From NCBI GenBank assembly GCA_963753435.1, contig CAVWCF010000001.1, forward strand, positions 960,001 to 1,024,000: 64,000 nt of DNA, written 5' to 3'. Position numbers and translations under genes: made by a program. The notes under the pieces were generated by a model. The model was not told the DNA's origin. It searched no databases and was given only the letters and a program-made list of their open reading frames with translations. Every line of letters begins with the position of its first letter. Within the stretch, counting starts at the first letter, position 1. Shown here one piece after another: positions 31,269 through 41,574 of this stretch. The DNA comes from an uncultured Actinomycetota bacterium. GTDB taxonomy: Bacteria > Actinomycetota > Actinomycetes > CAVWCF01.

Positions 31269-32861
31269 ATGAGCGCCCAGCCCAGCCCCGAACTTCCCGA
31301 CCTGCACACGACCGCCGGCAAGCTGGCGCAGTTGCAGCACAAGGTCGACGAGGCGGTGCACGCCGGATCCGCCAAGGCCGTTGAAGCTCAGCACGCTCGC
31401 GGCAAACTCACCGCCCGCGAACGCATCGATCAACTGCTCGACGAGGGCTCGTTCGTGGAGCTCGACGCGTTCGCCCGACACCGCTCCACCAACTTCGGCA
31501 TGGACGCAAACCGCCCGTACGGCGACGGCGTGGTGACCGGCTACGGCACGGTGGACGGAAGACAGGTCTGCGTGTTCGCCCAGGACTTCACCGTCTTCGG
31601 CGGCTCGTTGGGTGAGGTGTTCGGCGAGAAGATCGTCAAGGTCATGGACTTGGCCCTGAAGATCGGTTGCCCGTTGATCGGCATCAACGACTCCGGCGGG
31701 GCGCGAATCCAGGAAGGCGTCGTCTCCCTGGGCCTGTACGGGGAGATCTTCCGGCGCAACACCTTGGCATCCGGCGTCATCCCGCAGATCTCGCTGGTCA
31801 TGGGGCCGTGTGCCGGTGGGGCGGTCTACTCCCCAGCGATCACCGACTTCACGGTGATGGTCGAAAAGACCAGCCACATGTTCATCACCGGGCCCGACGT
31901 AATCAAGACCGTCACCGGCGAAGAGGTCGCCTTCGAGGACCTGGGCGGGGCTCGGGCGCACAACTCGAAGTCGGGCGTGGCGCACTTCATGGCAGCCGAC
32001 GAGGCCGAGTGCCTGCAGATCGCCCGCGACCTGCTGTCGTTCCTGCCGAGCAACAACCTGGAGGAAGCGCCCGCCTTCGGCAGCGAGATGCCGCTGGAGG
32101 CGACCGACGAGGACCTGGCGCTGGACACGCTGATCCCCGACTCGGCCAATCAGCCGTACGACATGCACACCGTCATCGAGACGGTGCTCGACGAGGACGA
32201 CTTCCTGGAGGTACACGCCCTCTGGGCGCCGAACATGATCTGCGGGTACGGCCGTGTCGAGGGCCGGTCTGTCGGCGTCGTGGCCAACCAGCCGATGCAG
32301 TTCGCCGGCACGCTCGACATCGAGGCCAGCGAGAAGGCGGCCCGCTTCGTCCGCACGTGCGACGCGTTCAACATCCCGGTACTCACGTTCGTGGACGTGC
32401 CGGGCTTCCTGCCGGGCACCGATCAGGAGTGGAACGGCATCATTCGTCGCGGCGCCAAACTGATCTATGCCTACGCCGAGGCCACGGTGCCGCTGATCAC
32501 CGTGATCACCCGCAAGGCTTTCGGCGGCGCCTACGACGTAATGGGTTCCAAGCACCTCGGTGCGGACATCAACCTGGCTTGGCCGACGGCCCAGATCGCA
32601 GTCATGGGCGCCCAGGGTGCGGTGAATATCCTGCATCGCAAGGAACTGGCCGCCGCCGATGACGTCGACGCCGAGCGAGCGCGTTTGATCGAGCGGTACG
32701 AGGACCACCTGCTCAACCCGTACATCGCCGCCGAGCGCGGATACATCGATGCCGTGATCGAGCCGTCGCAGTCGCGGGTGCAGATCACCCGAGCACTGCG
32801 CGCCCTGCACAACAAACGGGCTGACCGTCCCCCGCGCAAGCACGGGAACATCCCGCTGTGA
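31269..32861 (+). CDS. pccB: Propionyl/acyl-CoA carboxylase beta subunit
   Basis: Motifs [27 protein letters not shown] and RKHGNIPL; AAGGAG SD. Confidence 0.92.
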   Translation: MSAQPSPELPDLHTTAGKLAQLQHKVDEAVHAGSAKAVEAQHARGKLTARERIDQLLDEGSFVELDAFARHRSTNFGMDANRPYGDGVVTGYGTVDGRQVCVFAQDFTVFGGSLGEVFGEKIVKVMDLALKIGCPLIGINDSGGARIQEGVVSLGLYGEIFRRNTLASGVIPQISLVMGPCAGGAVYSPAITDFTVMVEKTSHMFITGPDVIKTVTGEEVAFEDLGGARAHNSKSGVAHFMAADEAECLQIARDLLSFLPSNNLEEAPAFGSEMPLEATDEDLALDTLIPDSANQPYDMHTVIETVLDEDDFLEVHALWAPNMICGYGRVEGRSVGVVANQPMQFAGTLDIEASEKAARFVRTCDAFNIPVLTFVDVPGFLPGTDQEWNGIIRRGAKLIYAYAEATVPLITVITRKAFGGAYDVMGSKHLGADINLAWPTAQIAVMGAQGAVNILHRKELAAADDVDAERARLIERYEDHLLNPYIAAERGYIDAVIEPSQSRVQITRALRALHNKRADRPPRKHGNIPL

Positions 32862-33067
32862 CGCACCCACGGCCGGACCTACGAATAGTGCGCGGCAACG
32901 CCACTGCCGAGGAGATCGCGGCAGTCACGGCCATCCTGGCCGCCCGCACGGCGGCTCCCATGCTGCCCGCGCCCGCCCCCTCGCTCTGGCGAAGGAGCGC
33001 CCGCCGCCTGCAACAGCAACTGCATCCAGGCCCGGGCGCCTGGCGCTCGTCGACGCTGCCGCACTGA
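32858..33067 (+). CDS. Acyl-CoA carboxylase epsilon subunit
   Basis: [16 protein letters not shown]...GAWRSS; GTGA-coupled to the beta subunit. Confidence 0.85.
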   Translation: MTHPRPDLRIVRGNATAEEIAAVTAILAARTAAPMLPAPAPSLWRRSARRLQQQLHPGPGAWRSSTLPH

Positions 33068-33075
33068 CCGTCGAA

Positions 33076-33678
33076 GTGACCGCCCGGTTCATCCTCGCGT
33101 CGGCCTCGCCGGCGCGGTTGAAGCTGCTGCAGGCTGCCGGCATCCAGCCGGAAGTCGTCGTCAGCGGTGTGGACGAGGACGACGCGAGCGGCAGCCCGGC
33201 CGAGGTGGCGCTGCTGCTGGCGCAGCGCAAGGCCGAAGCAGTCGCGGCCCGAGTTTCCGCCCCACGCGACGGAAGTGCCCTGGTCCTCGGCTGCGATTCG
33301 GTGCTGGACCTGGACGGGGTCCCCCTGGGCAAGCCCGCAGATGCCGAGGACGCAGTGCGGCGCTGGCATCAGATGGCTGGGCGCAGCGGGGTGCTGCGGA
33401 CCGGACACTGGCTGGTCGACCTGTCCGGGGACCGCGCGGTTGGCGCTGTTGCCGCCACCACGGTCCACTTCGCCCGACCAAGCGATTCGGAGATCGCTGC
33501 GTACGTAGCCACGGGCGAACCGCAACGCGTCGCCGGCGCTTTCACCATCGACGGTCTGGGCGCCTGGTTCGTCGACTCCGTAGACGGGGACCCCGGCACG
33601 GTCGTGGGCTTGTCCTTGCCGCTCCTCCGCGGCCTGCTGGGTCAACTTGGCCACCAAGTCACCGACCTGTGGGTATAG
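33076..33678 (+). CDS. maf: Maf-family nucleoside triphosphate pyrophosphatase
   Basis: Motifs [17 protein letters not shown] and AGAFTIDG. Confidence 0.92.
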   Translation: MTARFILASASPARLKLLQAAGIQPEVVVSGVDEDDASGSPAEVALLLAQRKAEAVAARVSAPRDGSALVLGCDSVLDLDGVPLGKPADAEDAVRRWHQMAGRSGVLRTGHWLVDLSGDRAVGAVAATTVHFARPSDSEIAAYVATGEPQRVAGAFTIDGLGAWFVDSVDGDPGTVVGLSLPLLRGLLGQLGHQVTDLWV

Positions 33679-33709
33679 CGCCGCGGCGGCGTCCCTAGAC
33701 TCCACGCCC

Positions 33710-35476
33710 GTGCCCCAGATCCGTAAAGTCCTCATCGCCAATCGCGGCGAGATCGCAGTCCGAGTAGCGCGCGCCTGCCGAGACGCGGACATCGGCAGCG
33801 TGGCCGTGTATGCGGATCCGGATGCCGACGCACTGCACGTTCGCGCGGCCGATGAGGCCTACGCCCTGGGTGGGGACACCCCGGGTACGTCGTACTTGGA
33901 CTTCGACAAGGTCCTCGATGCAGCGGCCAAGTCCGGAGCCGATGCGGTTCACCCCGGCTACGGCTTCCTTTCGGAGAACGCCGACTTCGCCCAGGCCGTC
34001 ATCGACGCCGGGCTCACCTGGATCGGCCCGCCGCCGGCAGCGATCCGGGCGCTGGGCGACAAGGTGCAGGCGCGGCACATCGCCCAGGAGGTGGGCGCGC
34101 CGCAGGTCGCCGGAACACCGGATCCGGTGGCCGGCGTCGATGAGGTGGTGGCGTTCGCCGATGCGCACGGCCTGCCCATCGCCATCAAGGCAGCGTTCGG
34201 CGGTGGCGGCCGCGGATTGAAGGTGGCCCGGACTCGCGAGGAGATCCCCGAGCTGTTCGATTCGGCGGTGCGTGAAGCCGTGACCGCGTTCGGGCGCGGC
34301 GAGTGCTTCGTGGAGCGGTACCTGGACCGCCCGCGCCACGTGGAGACCCAGTGCCTGGCCGACAGTCACGGCAATGTGGTCGTCATCTCCACGCGGGACT
34401 GCTCGCTGCAGCGACGACACCAGAAACTCGTCGAGGAGGCACCGGCCCCGTTCCTGTCGGACACGCAGATCGCGGAGTTGTATCGCTCCAGCAAGGCGAT
34501 CCTGGCCAAGGCGGGCTACGTGGGCGCTGGCACCTGCGAGTTCCTGGTCGGCACCGACGGCACCATTTCGTTCCTTGAGGTCAACACCCGACTGCAGGTG
34601 GAGCACCCGGTGTCGGAGGAGGTCACCGGCGTCGACCTGGTCCGCGAGCAACTGCGGATCGCCGCCGGCGAGCCGCTGGGCTACGTCGACCCGCCCATCC
34701 GCGGTCACAGCCTGGAGTTCCGAATCAACGGCGAGGACCCCGGCCGCAATTTCCTGCCTGCACCGGGGCAGGTGACCCAATGGGAGCCACCGAGCGGCCC
34801 GGGGGTGCGCCTGGACTCCGGGGTTGAGGCGGGCTCGGTAATCGGTCAGGCGTTCGACTCCCTCCTGGCCAAGTTGATCGTCACCGGACGCGACCGCGCC
34901 GAGGCGTTGCAGCGGGCCCGGCGGGCCTTGGCCGAGTTCGAGATCGACGGCATGGCCACTGCGCTGACCTTCCACCGGGCCGTCGTCAGCGATGCCGCCT
35001 TCGCCCCGACGGACCCGCACGAGCCGTTCGCGGTGCACACCCGGTGGATCGAGACCGAGTTCGACAACACGATTCCCCCCTACGCCGGCGAGGCCGCGGA
35101 CGGCGGCCACCATGCCGCCGAGCGCGAGCGCCTGGTCGTCGAGGTCAACGGCAAGCGGTTGGAGGTGACCCTGCCGGCCGGGTTCGCGACGGCGAGCGCG
35201 GCACCGACGAAGAAGCCACCCCGTCGGGGTGGGTCCCGCAAGTCCGGGCCCGCCGCGTCCGGCGACTCACTGACCAGCCCGATGCAGGGCACCGTGGTGA
35301 AGATCGCCGTCGAGGAGGGTCAGACAGTCGCCGCGGGTGACCTGGTGGTCGTCCTGGAGGCGATGAAGATGGAACAGCCCTTGACCGCACACAAGGCGGG
35401 GGTGGTAACCGGTCTCGCCTTGGAACTGGGCGCCACCGTGGCCAGCGGCGCGGTGCTCTGCGAGATCAAGGACTGA
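33710..35476 (+). CDS. Acetyl/propionyl-CoA carboxylase alpha subunit (biotin carboxylase plus BCCP)
   Basis: Motifs [27 protein letters not shown] and biotinylation site EAMKM. Confidence 0.95.
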   Translation: MPQIRKVLIANRGEIAVRVARACRDADIGSVAVYADPDADALHVRAADEAYALGGDTPGTSYLDFDKVLDAAAKSGADAVHPGYGFLSENADFAQAVIDAGLTWIGPPPAAIRALGDKVQARHIAQEVGAPQVAGTPDPVAGVDEVVAFADAHGLPIAIKAAFGGGGRGLKVARTREEIPELFDSAVREAVTAFGRGECFVERYLDRPRHVETQCLADSHGNVVVISTRDCSLQRRHQKLVEEAPAPFLSDTQIAELYRSSKAILAKAGYVGAGTCEFLVGTDGTISFLEVNTRLQVEHPVSEEVTGVDLVREQLRIAAGEPLGYVDPPIRGHSLEFRINGEDPGRNFLPAPGQVTQWEPPSGPGVRLDSGVEAGSVIGQAFDSLLAKLIVTGRDRAEALQRARRALAEFEIDGMATALTFHRAVVSDAAFAPTDPHEPFAVHTRWIETEFDNTIPPYAGEAADGGHHAAERERLVVEVNGKRLEVTLPAGFATASAAPTKKPPRRGGSRKSGPAASGDSLTSPMQGTVVKIAVEEGQTVAAGDLVVVLEAMKMEQPLTAHKAGVVTGLALELGATVASGAVLCEIKD

Positions 35477-35554
35477 CCCCAAGCCGCCTGTCTGCCGACC
35501 AAAGGCCCTGACCGAACGCATCACGTGTCCCTACCGTGCTAGGCGGAGGGCGCA

Positions 35555-37642
35555 ATGTCCGGGACCAGTCGACTGGCTGACGGTGCCGCGCTGGCGGTTG
35601 AGTTGTCGCATTCCGCCGCGCTTGACCCCACCCTGGTCGGCGCCAAAGCGGCCAACTTGGCACAGGCCGCCCGAGCCGGGCTGCCGGTCCTTCCTGGCTT
35701 CACGCTCACGACGACCGCCACTGGCGACCCGAGTGCCCCGCACTGGCCCCCCAACGCCACCGTCGAACCGGCCCTGCGGCAGTTGTGGCAGCAGTTGCAC
35801 GGCGATGAACACGGACTCGTAGTCCGGTCTTCGTCGACGGTCGAGGACATCGGGGCCTCGTCGATGGCGGGGCAATTCAAGTCGGTATCCGGCGTTGTCG
35901 GCTGGCCCAGGTTCGTCGCGGCGGTCGGCACGGTGCTGTCTTCGGCGCATGCCCCTGGACACGGACAGCCGCAACCGATGGCGGTGCTCGTCCAACCTGA
36001 ACTCAAGCCCGCACTCGGCGGGGTCCTGTTCGGAGTGGACCCGGTAACCGGGCAGGAGGATCGCATCGTGATCGAAGCCGTTCGCGGTAGTCCAGAAGCG
36101 TTGGTCTCCGGCACCGCGGCCGCGCAACGAATCGTGTGCGGGCCTCGGGGTCGCGTGCACAGCATCGACGGCCGCGGACCCATGGCCGCTCGCCGCGCCG
36201 GCCGTGCATCCCTCTTGCGACGCCGGCAGATCAGGCGACTCGCGGCCCTGGCGCAGCGAACGGCCGAAGTCTTCGGCGCGGCCCAGGACATCGAATGGGC
36301 GTTGGACGATCAGGGCTCGCTCTGGCTGCTGCAAAGCCGTCCCGTGACCGCGGTCGCCGAACCCGACTCAGCCACCGGCCCGGTCCTTGGCCCCGGCCCG
36401 ATCGCGGAGACCTTCCCGCTGCCGCTACGTCCGCTGGAGCTCGACCTATGGCTGGCGCCGATGCGCGATGGGATCGCCGCAGCGCTGCGGCGCACCCATC
36501 TGAGCACGGCCGCAGAGTTGGACGCTTCGCCAGTGCTCACCACCGTCGGTGGTTGGGCGGCCGCCGACTTGGAACTGCTCGGCTACGTGCCCCCGGGACG
36601 GCGAGCGCTGCATCTGGTCGACCCCCGCCCCGGCGCCCGACGACTAGCTGCCGCCTGGCGCGTCGGGCAGGTTCGCGCCCAGCTCCCGGCTCGCGTGCGC
36701 ACATTGCTGACCGGTACCGACGCCGCTCTCGCCGATGTGCCTGCAGTCACCCAGTTGGACGATGACGACCTGATTCGCGTGGTGGTTCGCGGCCAGGAAC
36801 TGCTCGCGGAACTGCACGAGGCGGAGGTTCTCTCGGCAACACTGAGCGGGCGCGCGCCGGCATCGGTACCCAAGATCGCGCTGGAGCGACTGGCGCACGG
36901 GCGCCGTAACCAGCACCCGGACGACGAGTTGATCGCGCACGACCCAGTGCTCCTCAGCCTGGTGCCGCCACGAATCGCAACGGCACCGGAACTGCCTCAA
37001 GTCGACGACGAGCTGCTCGCCTTGCCCAGCCAGGTAGCCGATCCCGGGCACCGGGACTTGTTGCGGCTGCGAGCCCGCTGGGTGCAGGAACTGCTCAGCC
37101 GGTGCGCCACGGAGGCGGGCACTCGGCTGCAGCAGCGGGGGCTGCTTGCCGATCGACAAGACATTGTTTGGCTTACCTGGCCACAACTTCGGTCGGCCCT
37201 ATCCGGTGACTCGACCCGCCTTGAGTTGCGTCGACAGGAGCCCGGACCTCCCCTTCCGGCCCACTTCCAACTCGACGCGCACGGGCGCGCGGTCAGCGTG
37301 GAGCGGCCCGGTCCTCGTGGCCCAGGTGGCGTGGGCGCCGGAGGTGGGCGCGCCGCCGGCGTGGTGGTCCATGACGCCGCTCGCGTCGGCAGCGGGGATG
37401 TGCTGGTTACCCGGACGCTCGACCCCCGCCTTTCGGTGGTGCTGCCGCGGCTGGCCGCGATCGTGTCGGAATCCGGGAGCACCTTGTCGCACCTGGCGAT
37501 CCTGGCTCGCGAGTACGACGTGCCGGCGGTGGTGGCTGTCCACGACGCCCTGAGCCGGTTCCCACCGGGTTGCCGCGTAGTGGTTGACGGCACCACGGGC
37601 GAGGTCACCGTTGCGCCCGGATCCGAGGAGGTGCCGAAGTGA
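35555..37642 (+). CDS. PEP-utilising phosphotransferase with RPH-like architecture (ATP-grasp, substrate domain, phospho-His swivel)
   Basis: Motifs VGAKAANL, VRSSSTVED, AGQF and DIEWA..LLQSRPVT; C-terminal SHLAILAREY; GGAGG SD. Confidence 0.85.
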   Translation: MSGTSRLADGAALAVELSHSAALDPTLVGAKAANLAQAARAGLPVLPGFTLTTTATGDPSAPHWPPNATVEPALRQLWQQLHGDEHGLVVRSSSTVEDIGASSMAGQFKSVSGVVGWPRFVAAVGTVLSSAHAPGHGQPQPMAVLVQPELKPALGGVLFGVDPVTGQEDRIVIEAVRGSPEALVSGTAAAQRIVCGPRGRVHSIDGRGPMAARRAGRASLLRRRQIRRLAALAQRTAEVFGAAQDIEWALDDQGSLWLLQSRPVTAVAEPDSATGPVLGPGPIAETFPLPLRPLELDLWLAPMRDGIAAALRRTHLSTAAELDASPVLTTVGGWAAADLELLGYVPPGRRALHLVDPRPGARRLAAAWRVGQVRAQLPARVRTLLTGTDAALADVPAVTQLDDDDLIRVVVRGQELLAELHEAEVLSATLSGRAPASVPKIALERLAHGRRNQHPDDELIAHDPVLLSLVPPRIATAPELPQVDDELLALPSQVADPGHRDLLRLRARWVQELLSRCATEAGTRLQQRGLLADRQDIVWLTWPQLRSALSGDSTRLELRRQEPGPPLPAHFQLDAHGRAVSVERPGPRGPGGVGAGGGRAAGVVVHDAARVGSGDVLVTRTLDPRLSVVLPRLAAIVSESGSTLSHLAILAREYDVPAVVAVHDALSRFPPGCRVVVDGTTGEVTVAPGSEEVPK

Positions 37643-38427
37643 GTCCCCGTCGGACCCTGTACCAGTTGACGGCACTGGTCCTCGGACTGGTGCTGGCCGG
37701 GTCTGGGATCTACGTGCTGGTCTACCTGGCCCGCTGGGAATGGGTGCGCGCCCAGATCGCGGGGATCTTCTTCCTAGCCGCCTTAGTGGCCCTCGCGACC
37801 GGCCTGATCCTGCGGCGCTTGGATGACCTCCGCTCGACTCCGGGCAGCGCCATCACGCCGGTGGATCCGGTGAGCCCGGCTTCGCCATTCCCCTGGCTGT
37901 ATGAGGCGAAGGGCTCAACGCATGTGTTCCTGCCGGTACTGCTGGGATTCGGCGTACTACTCACCCTGCTCGCAGCCGGGGTAGAGCGGCTTGTGGGCGT
38001 CGCCGCCGGGCCGAGGACCAGGTCACTGGGGACCGAGGAGCCCCCGCCTGCCTGGCCGGTTCGCCTGTTGGTTGCTGTTGTCGCCGTCGTGGTCGCCGGC
38101 GCGGTGGCTTGGGGCGCACTGAACTTGATGACTCGGGAGGAGGAGTCGATCCCCGGGACCCGCATCTACACACTCTCGGTTGCAGAGAACAATGCACTCT
38201 TCGGACCGCAGGCGTCGGCGGAGGAGTTGGCGCTGCTCTGCCGCGACCGCGCGGATCTAGCTGGCCAGGAGTCAAGAGTGCTTGGGGTCGACGGTTCGCT
38301 GGTGAGCCTGCAAGTGACCCCCATCCCGGGCAAGTACGGGACCTTCCGTTTCGATGGCTGCCTACGGGACCTGGTCCTGGACCATCGCTCAGTCAGCATC
38401 GTGGACGTACGCGACACTCCAGAGTGA
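37639..38427 (+). CDS. Hypothetical membrane protein (about 4 TM helices plus a C-terminal domain with two Cys)
   Basis: GTGA-coupled with a GAGGAGG SD; hydrophobic segments. Confidence 0.75.
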   Translation: MSPRRTLYQLTALVLGLVLAGSGIYVLVYLARWEWVRAQIAGIFFLAALVALATGLILRRLDDLRSTPGSAITPVDPVSPASPFPWLYEAKGSTHVFLPVLLGFGVLLTLLAAGVERLVGVAAGPRTRSLGTEEPPPAWPVRLLVAVVAVVVAGAVAWGALNLMTREEESIPGTRIYTLSVAENNALFGPQASAEELALLCRDRADLAGQESRVLGVDGSLVSLQVTPIPGKYGTFRFDGCLRDLVLDHRSVSIVDVRDTPE

Positions 38428-38445
38428 GGCACGCGACGTTGGCTT

Positions 38446-40137
38446 TCAGCCCGGCTCGCTCCAGCTGTAGTCGAGGATCCGCTCGCCGGTCGCGGTGCGG
38501 CCCTCGAAGCGCAGGTCGATCCCATCGCCGCGATCGGTGACCGTGACAAGTCCGAACTGACCGGGGATCAGGGAGACGCCTTCGCTGTATGGCCCGCCCT
38601 TCTCACTCACGTGCTGGTCCACCGGGGCGGCGTGCAGCACGGGGAAGCCGGCACCGCCACGCTGAGCGAAGTCGGAGTTGGTGCCGTCATCTGCGGCCAC
38701 CATGTGCGCATCGCCGGCCAGCATCACCACCCCGTCGATGCCCTCCTCGGCGATGAAGTCGGCCATCTGCTCGCGTTCGCTGGCGTAAGCACCCCAGTCG
38801 TCGCCTGGAGTGGCCGACCGGTCGATCCACGGAACCGAGGAGACCCAGACGATCACCGGGTACTTACCGTTGGCGGCGCGGAATTCGTCCTCCAGCCACG
38901 CCTTCTGCGCGGAACCAAGCATGGACTTGTCCGGTCCGTCGGGCTGGTCCTTCGGATCACGCTGCGAGCGCAGGTCGGCGAGCAGGAACCGAACGCGACC
39001 GATCGTGAAGGCTTGCGCCATCGGCCCGTCGGAGACCTCTGCGAACGGCAGCGGGTAGTGCGGCACGAAGGATCGGTAGGCCGCCAAGGCCGCAGGTCGC
39101 GACGGCGAGTTCCGATCGGCGTCGTTGGGGCCGTAGTCGTGGTCATCCCACATGTAGGCGACCGGTACGCGCCGGAACAGGTCGGCGGCGGCCGGTTGCG
39201 TGATCTGCCGGTCGTAGTCCCGCTTGAACTGGCCGACATCGTCGGCGGCGATGTCGCCGTAGAAGAAGTCCCCGGTGATCAGATGGAACAGCGGATCCGC
39301 CTCGGCGATCGTCGTGTAGGTCTGGGCATTGGAGCCACTGCGCGCACACGAGGCGAACGTGAACTGGAAACTGGCCGCACCCTCCGGCGCGGTCCGCAGC
39401 CGCCCCACCCCTCGGGTCGTATCCAGGGCGCCGCCGACCTCGACCGCATAGGTGTAGTCCGTGTCTGGTGCCAGCCCGTCCAGGTCGAACTCGACGACCG
39501 CTTCCTCAACAGCTGAGGGCACCCCGGTTACCGCCGGGTCGGCAATCGTGGCCGCGGCTCCGGCTGCGTAGTGCAGCCGCACCTCGGCCGTCGGCTCGTC
39601 GGCGAGTGCGGCGACCACGCGGGCACTGTCCGTGGCGATCGCGCCCGACCAGACCCATTCCACCTGGCCCATCGGCAGTGCGACCAAATCCGACTGGGGG
39701 GCTTTGGGTCCATAGAAGTGGTCGAAGATTCCGTCCGCGGTGAGTCCGCCGGCGATCAGCAGGGCCGCCAGGCCGGCGGCGAGCAGGCTGCGAGCGCGCA
39801 ACGAACGGCCGCGCCGCCACGTCCACCAAAGGGCAGCCGCCGGCACGAACAGAGCCGCCATCAGCAGGAAGCCGCGCCACGGCGGGAACTCCACGGTCGC
39901 CAGGGCGCCGATCGCGACCGCGCTTACGGCCAGAATCGTTGCCCCGGTGGCGGTGAACCTGAATGCCAGCCCCCACCCGACGACGTAGACCAACAAGAAG
40001 GCGGCTTGCGCCAGCGTCTCGAAGAACCCGGACTCCCCCGACGTCGGGATCCCGACGACGATCGCGCCGACCGCGAGCGCCGCAGCCGCTGCCGGCGCCC
40101 AGACCAGGGCAAGCAGTCGCAGCGGGTCGCGGTTCAC
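38446..40137 (-). CDS. PhoD-family alkaline phosphatase/phosphodiesterase with an N-terminal membrane domain
   Basis: Motifs FASC, GDFFYGD, WDDHDY, DLRSQR, DDWGAY and LAGDAH. Confidence 0.85.
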   Translation of the reverse strand: MNRDPLRLLALVWAPAAAAALAVGAIVVGIPTSGESGFFETLAQAAFLLVYVVGWGLAFRFTATGATILAVSAVAIGALATVEFPPWRGFLLMAALFVPAAALWWTWRRGRSLRARSLLAAGLAALLIAGGLTADGIFDHFYGPKAPQSDLVALPMGQVEWVWSGAIATDSARVVAALADEPTAEVRLHYAAGAAATIADPAVTGVPSAVEEAVVEFDLDGLAPDTDYTYAVEVGGALDTTRGVGRLRTAPEGAASFQFTFASCARSGSNAQTYTTIAEADPLFHLITGDFFYGDIAADDVGQFKRDYDRQITQPAAADLFRRVPVAYMWDDHDYGPNDADRNSPSRPAALAAYRSFVPHYPLPFAEVSDGPMAQAFTIGRVRFLLADLRSQRDPKDQPDGPDKSMLGSAQKAWLEDEFRAANGKYPVIVWVSSVPWIDRSATPGDDWGAYASEREQMADFIAEEGIDGVVMLAGDAHMVAADDGTNSDFAQRGGAGFPVLHAAPVDQHVSEKGGPYSEGVSLIPGQFGLVTVTDRGDGIDLRFEGRTATGERILDYSWSEPG

Positions 40138-40139
40138 GG

Positions 40140-41513
40140 CTACCCCCTCGTGTGCAGTTGCCGTGCCGCTTCGGCGATCGAACCGGACAGCGACGGGTAG
40201 ACAGTGAAGGAGTGGGTCAAGTCGTCCACCGTCAGCCGCTCCTCGACCGCCATCGCGATCGGGTAGATCAACTCACTGGCGCTCGGCGCGACGACGACCC
40301 CACCGATGACGATTCCGGTCGACGGCCTGCAGAAGATCTTCACGAATCCGTGCTCAAGCACCTGCATCTTGGCGCGGGCGTTGGTTGCCAGCGGCAAGGT
40401 CAGGGCGCGCCCGTCCACGCGTCCGGAGTCGACGTCCTCCTGCGTGGCCCCCACCGTGGCTATCTCGGGGTCGGTGAAGACCGTCGAGGAGACCAGTCCC
40501 GGATCCAGTGGCGCCACGGCATCACCAAGGGCGTGCCACATCGCGATCCGTCCCTGCATGGCCGCCACCGACGCCAGCATGAGCACGCCGGTGCAGTCCC
40601 CAGCGGCGTAGACACCGCGCGCCGACGTGCGCGAGACCTTGTCCACGCGCACGAATCCCGCTTCGTCGGTGGCCACGCCGCCCACGTCCAGGCCCAGGTC
40701 CGTCGTGTTCGGTATCGAACCAACAGCCAATAGGCAGTGTGTGCCCTCGATCACGGTGCCGTCGGTCAACTGCACGCGCACCGAATCGCCGTCGCGGCGC
40801 ACGCTTTGTGCCCGGGACCGGCCGAGGACCTGCATCCCCCTGGTGGCGAAGACCTCTTCCAGGACAGCGGCCGCGTCCGCATCCTCCCCGGGCAGCACGC
40901 GTTGCCGACTGCTGATCAGCGTGACCTGCGAACCCAGCGCGTGATAGGCGGAGGCGAACTCGGCCCCGGTGACACCGGAGCCGACAACGATGAGGTGTTG
41001 GGGCAGTTCGGTGAGCTCATACAGCTGTTCCCACGTGAGGATGCGTTCGGCGTCGGGAACAGCATCGGCCAGTGTTCGCGGGCTCGCGCCCGTGGCGATC
41101 AAAGCCACGTCAGCGGTGAACTCGGCCCCGGCGTCGGCACCGGTGTGGACCTCGATGCGGTCATTCGTGGCGAGACGGCCGTGCCCGTGGAACAACCGAA
41201 CGCCTTCGGCGCGCAGCCGCTCGGCGATGTCGGCGGACTGCGCCGACGCCAAGTCCTTGACCCGCTTGTTGACCGCAGTCAGATCCACGGCCGCCACGCC
41301 CGGCAGTTCCACGCCCAGCGTTTGTGCCCCGCGCAGCCGGGTCATCAGCTCTGCGGTGGCGATCAGCGTCTTGCTTGGTACGCAGTCGGTGAGCACGCAG
41401 GAACCGCCGAGACCGCCGGAGTCCACGAGGCTGACCTCGGCCCCCAATTGGGCGGCCACCAGGGCCGCCTCGTAACCGCCAGGTCCGCCGCCGATGATCC
41501 CAACTCGCGTCAC
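40140..41513 (-). CDS. lpdA: LpdA-like NAD(P)H:quinone flavoprotein oxidoreductase
   Basis: Motifs GGGPGG, CVLTDCVPSK and GSGVTGAE; C-terminal VYPSLSGS without the His-Glu dyad. Confidence 0.85.
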   Translation of the reverse strand: MTRVGIIGGGPGGYEAALVAAQLGAEVSLVDSGGLGGSCVLTDCVPSKTLIATAELMTRLRGAQTLGVELPGVAAVDLTAVNKRVKDLASAQSADIAERLRAEGVRLFHGHGRLATNDRIEVHTGADAGAEFTADVALIATGASPRTLADAVPDAERILTWEQLYELTELPQHLIVVGSGVTGAEFASAYHALGSQVTLISSRQRVLPGEDADAAAVLEEVFATRGMQVLGRSRAQSVRRDGDSVRVQLTDGTVIEGTHCLLAVGSIPNTTDLGLDVGGVATDEAGFVRVDKVSRTSARGVYAAGDCTGVLMLASVAAMQGRIAMWHALGDAVAPLDPGLVSSTVFTDPEIATVGATQEDVDSGRVDGRALTLPLATNARAKMQVLEHGFVKIFCRPSTGIVIGGVVVAPSASELIYPIAMAVEERLTVDDLTHSFTVYPSLSGSIAEAARQLHTRG

Positions 41514-41574
41514 AAGAACCATTGTTCCGTATCCAGCCCCGGTATCCGTCCGGCGATCCGGCTACCGTCGCGGT

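Noticed and set aside
35477-35554. AAAGGCCC upstream of the RPH-like gene as a possible rifamycin-associated element
   Set aside because: Only a short partial match, with no inverted-repeat partner.
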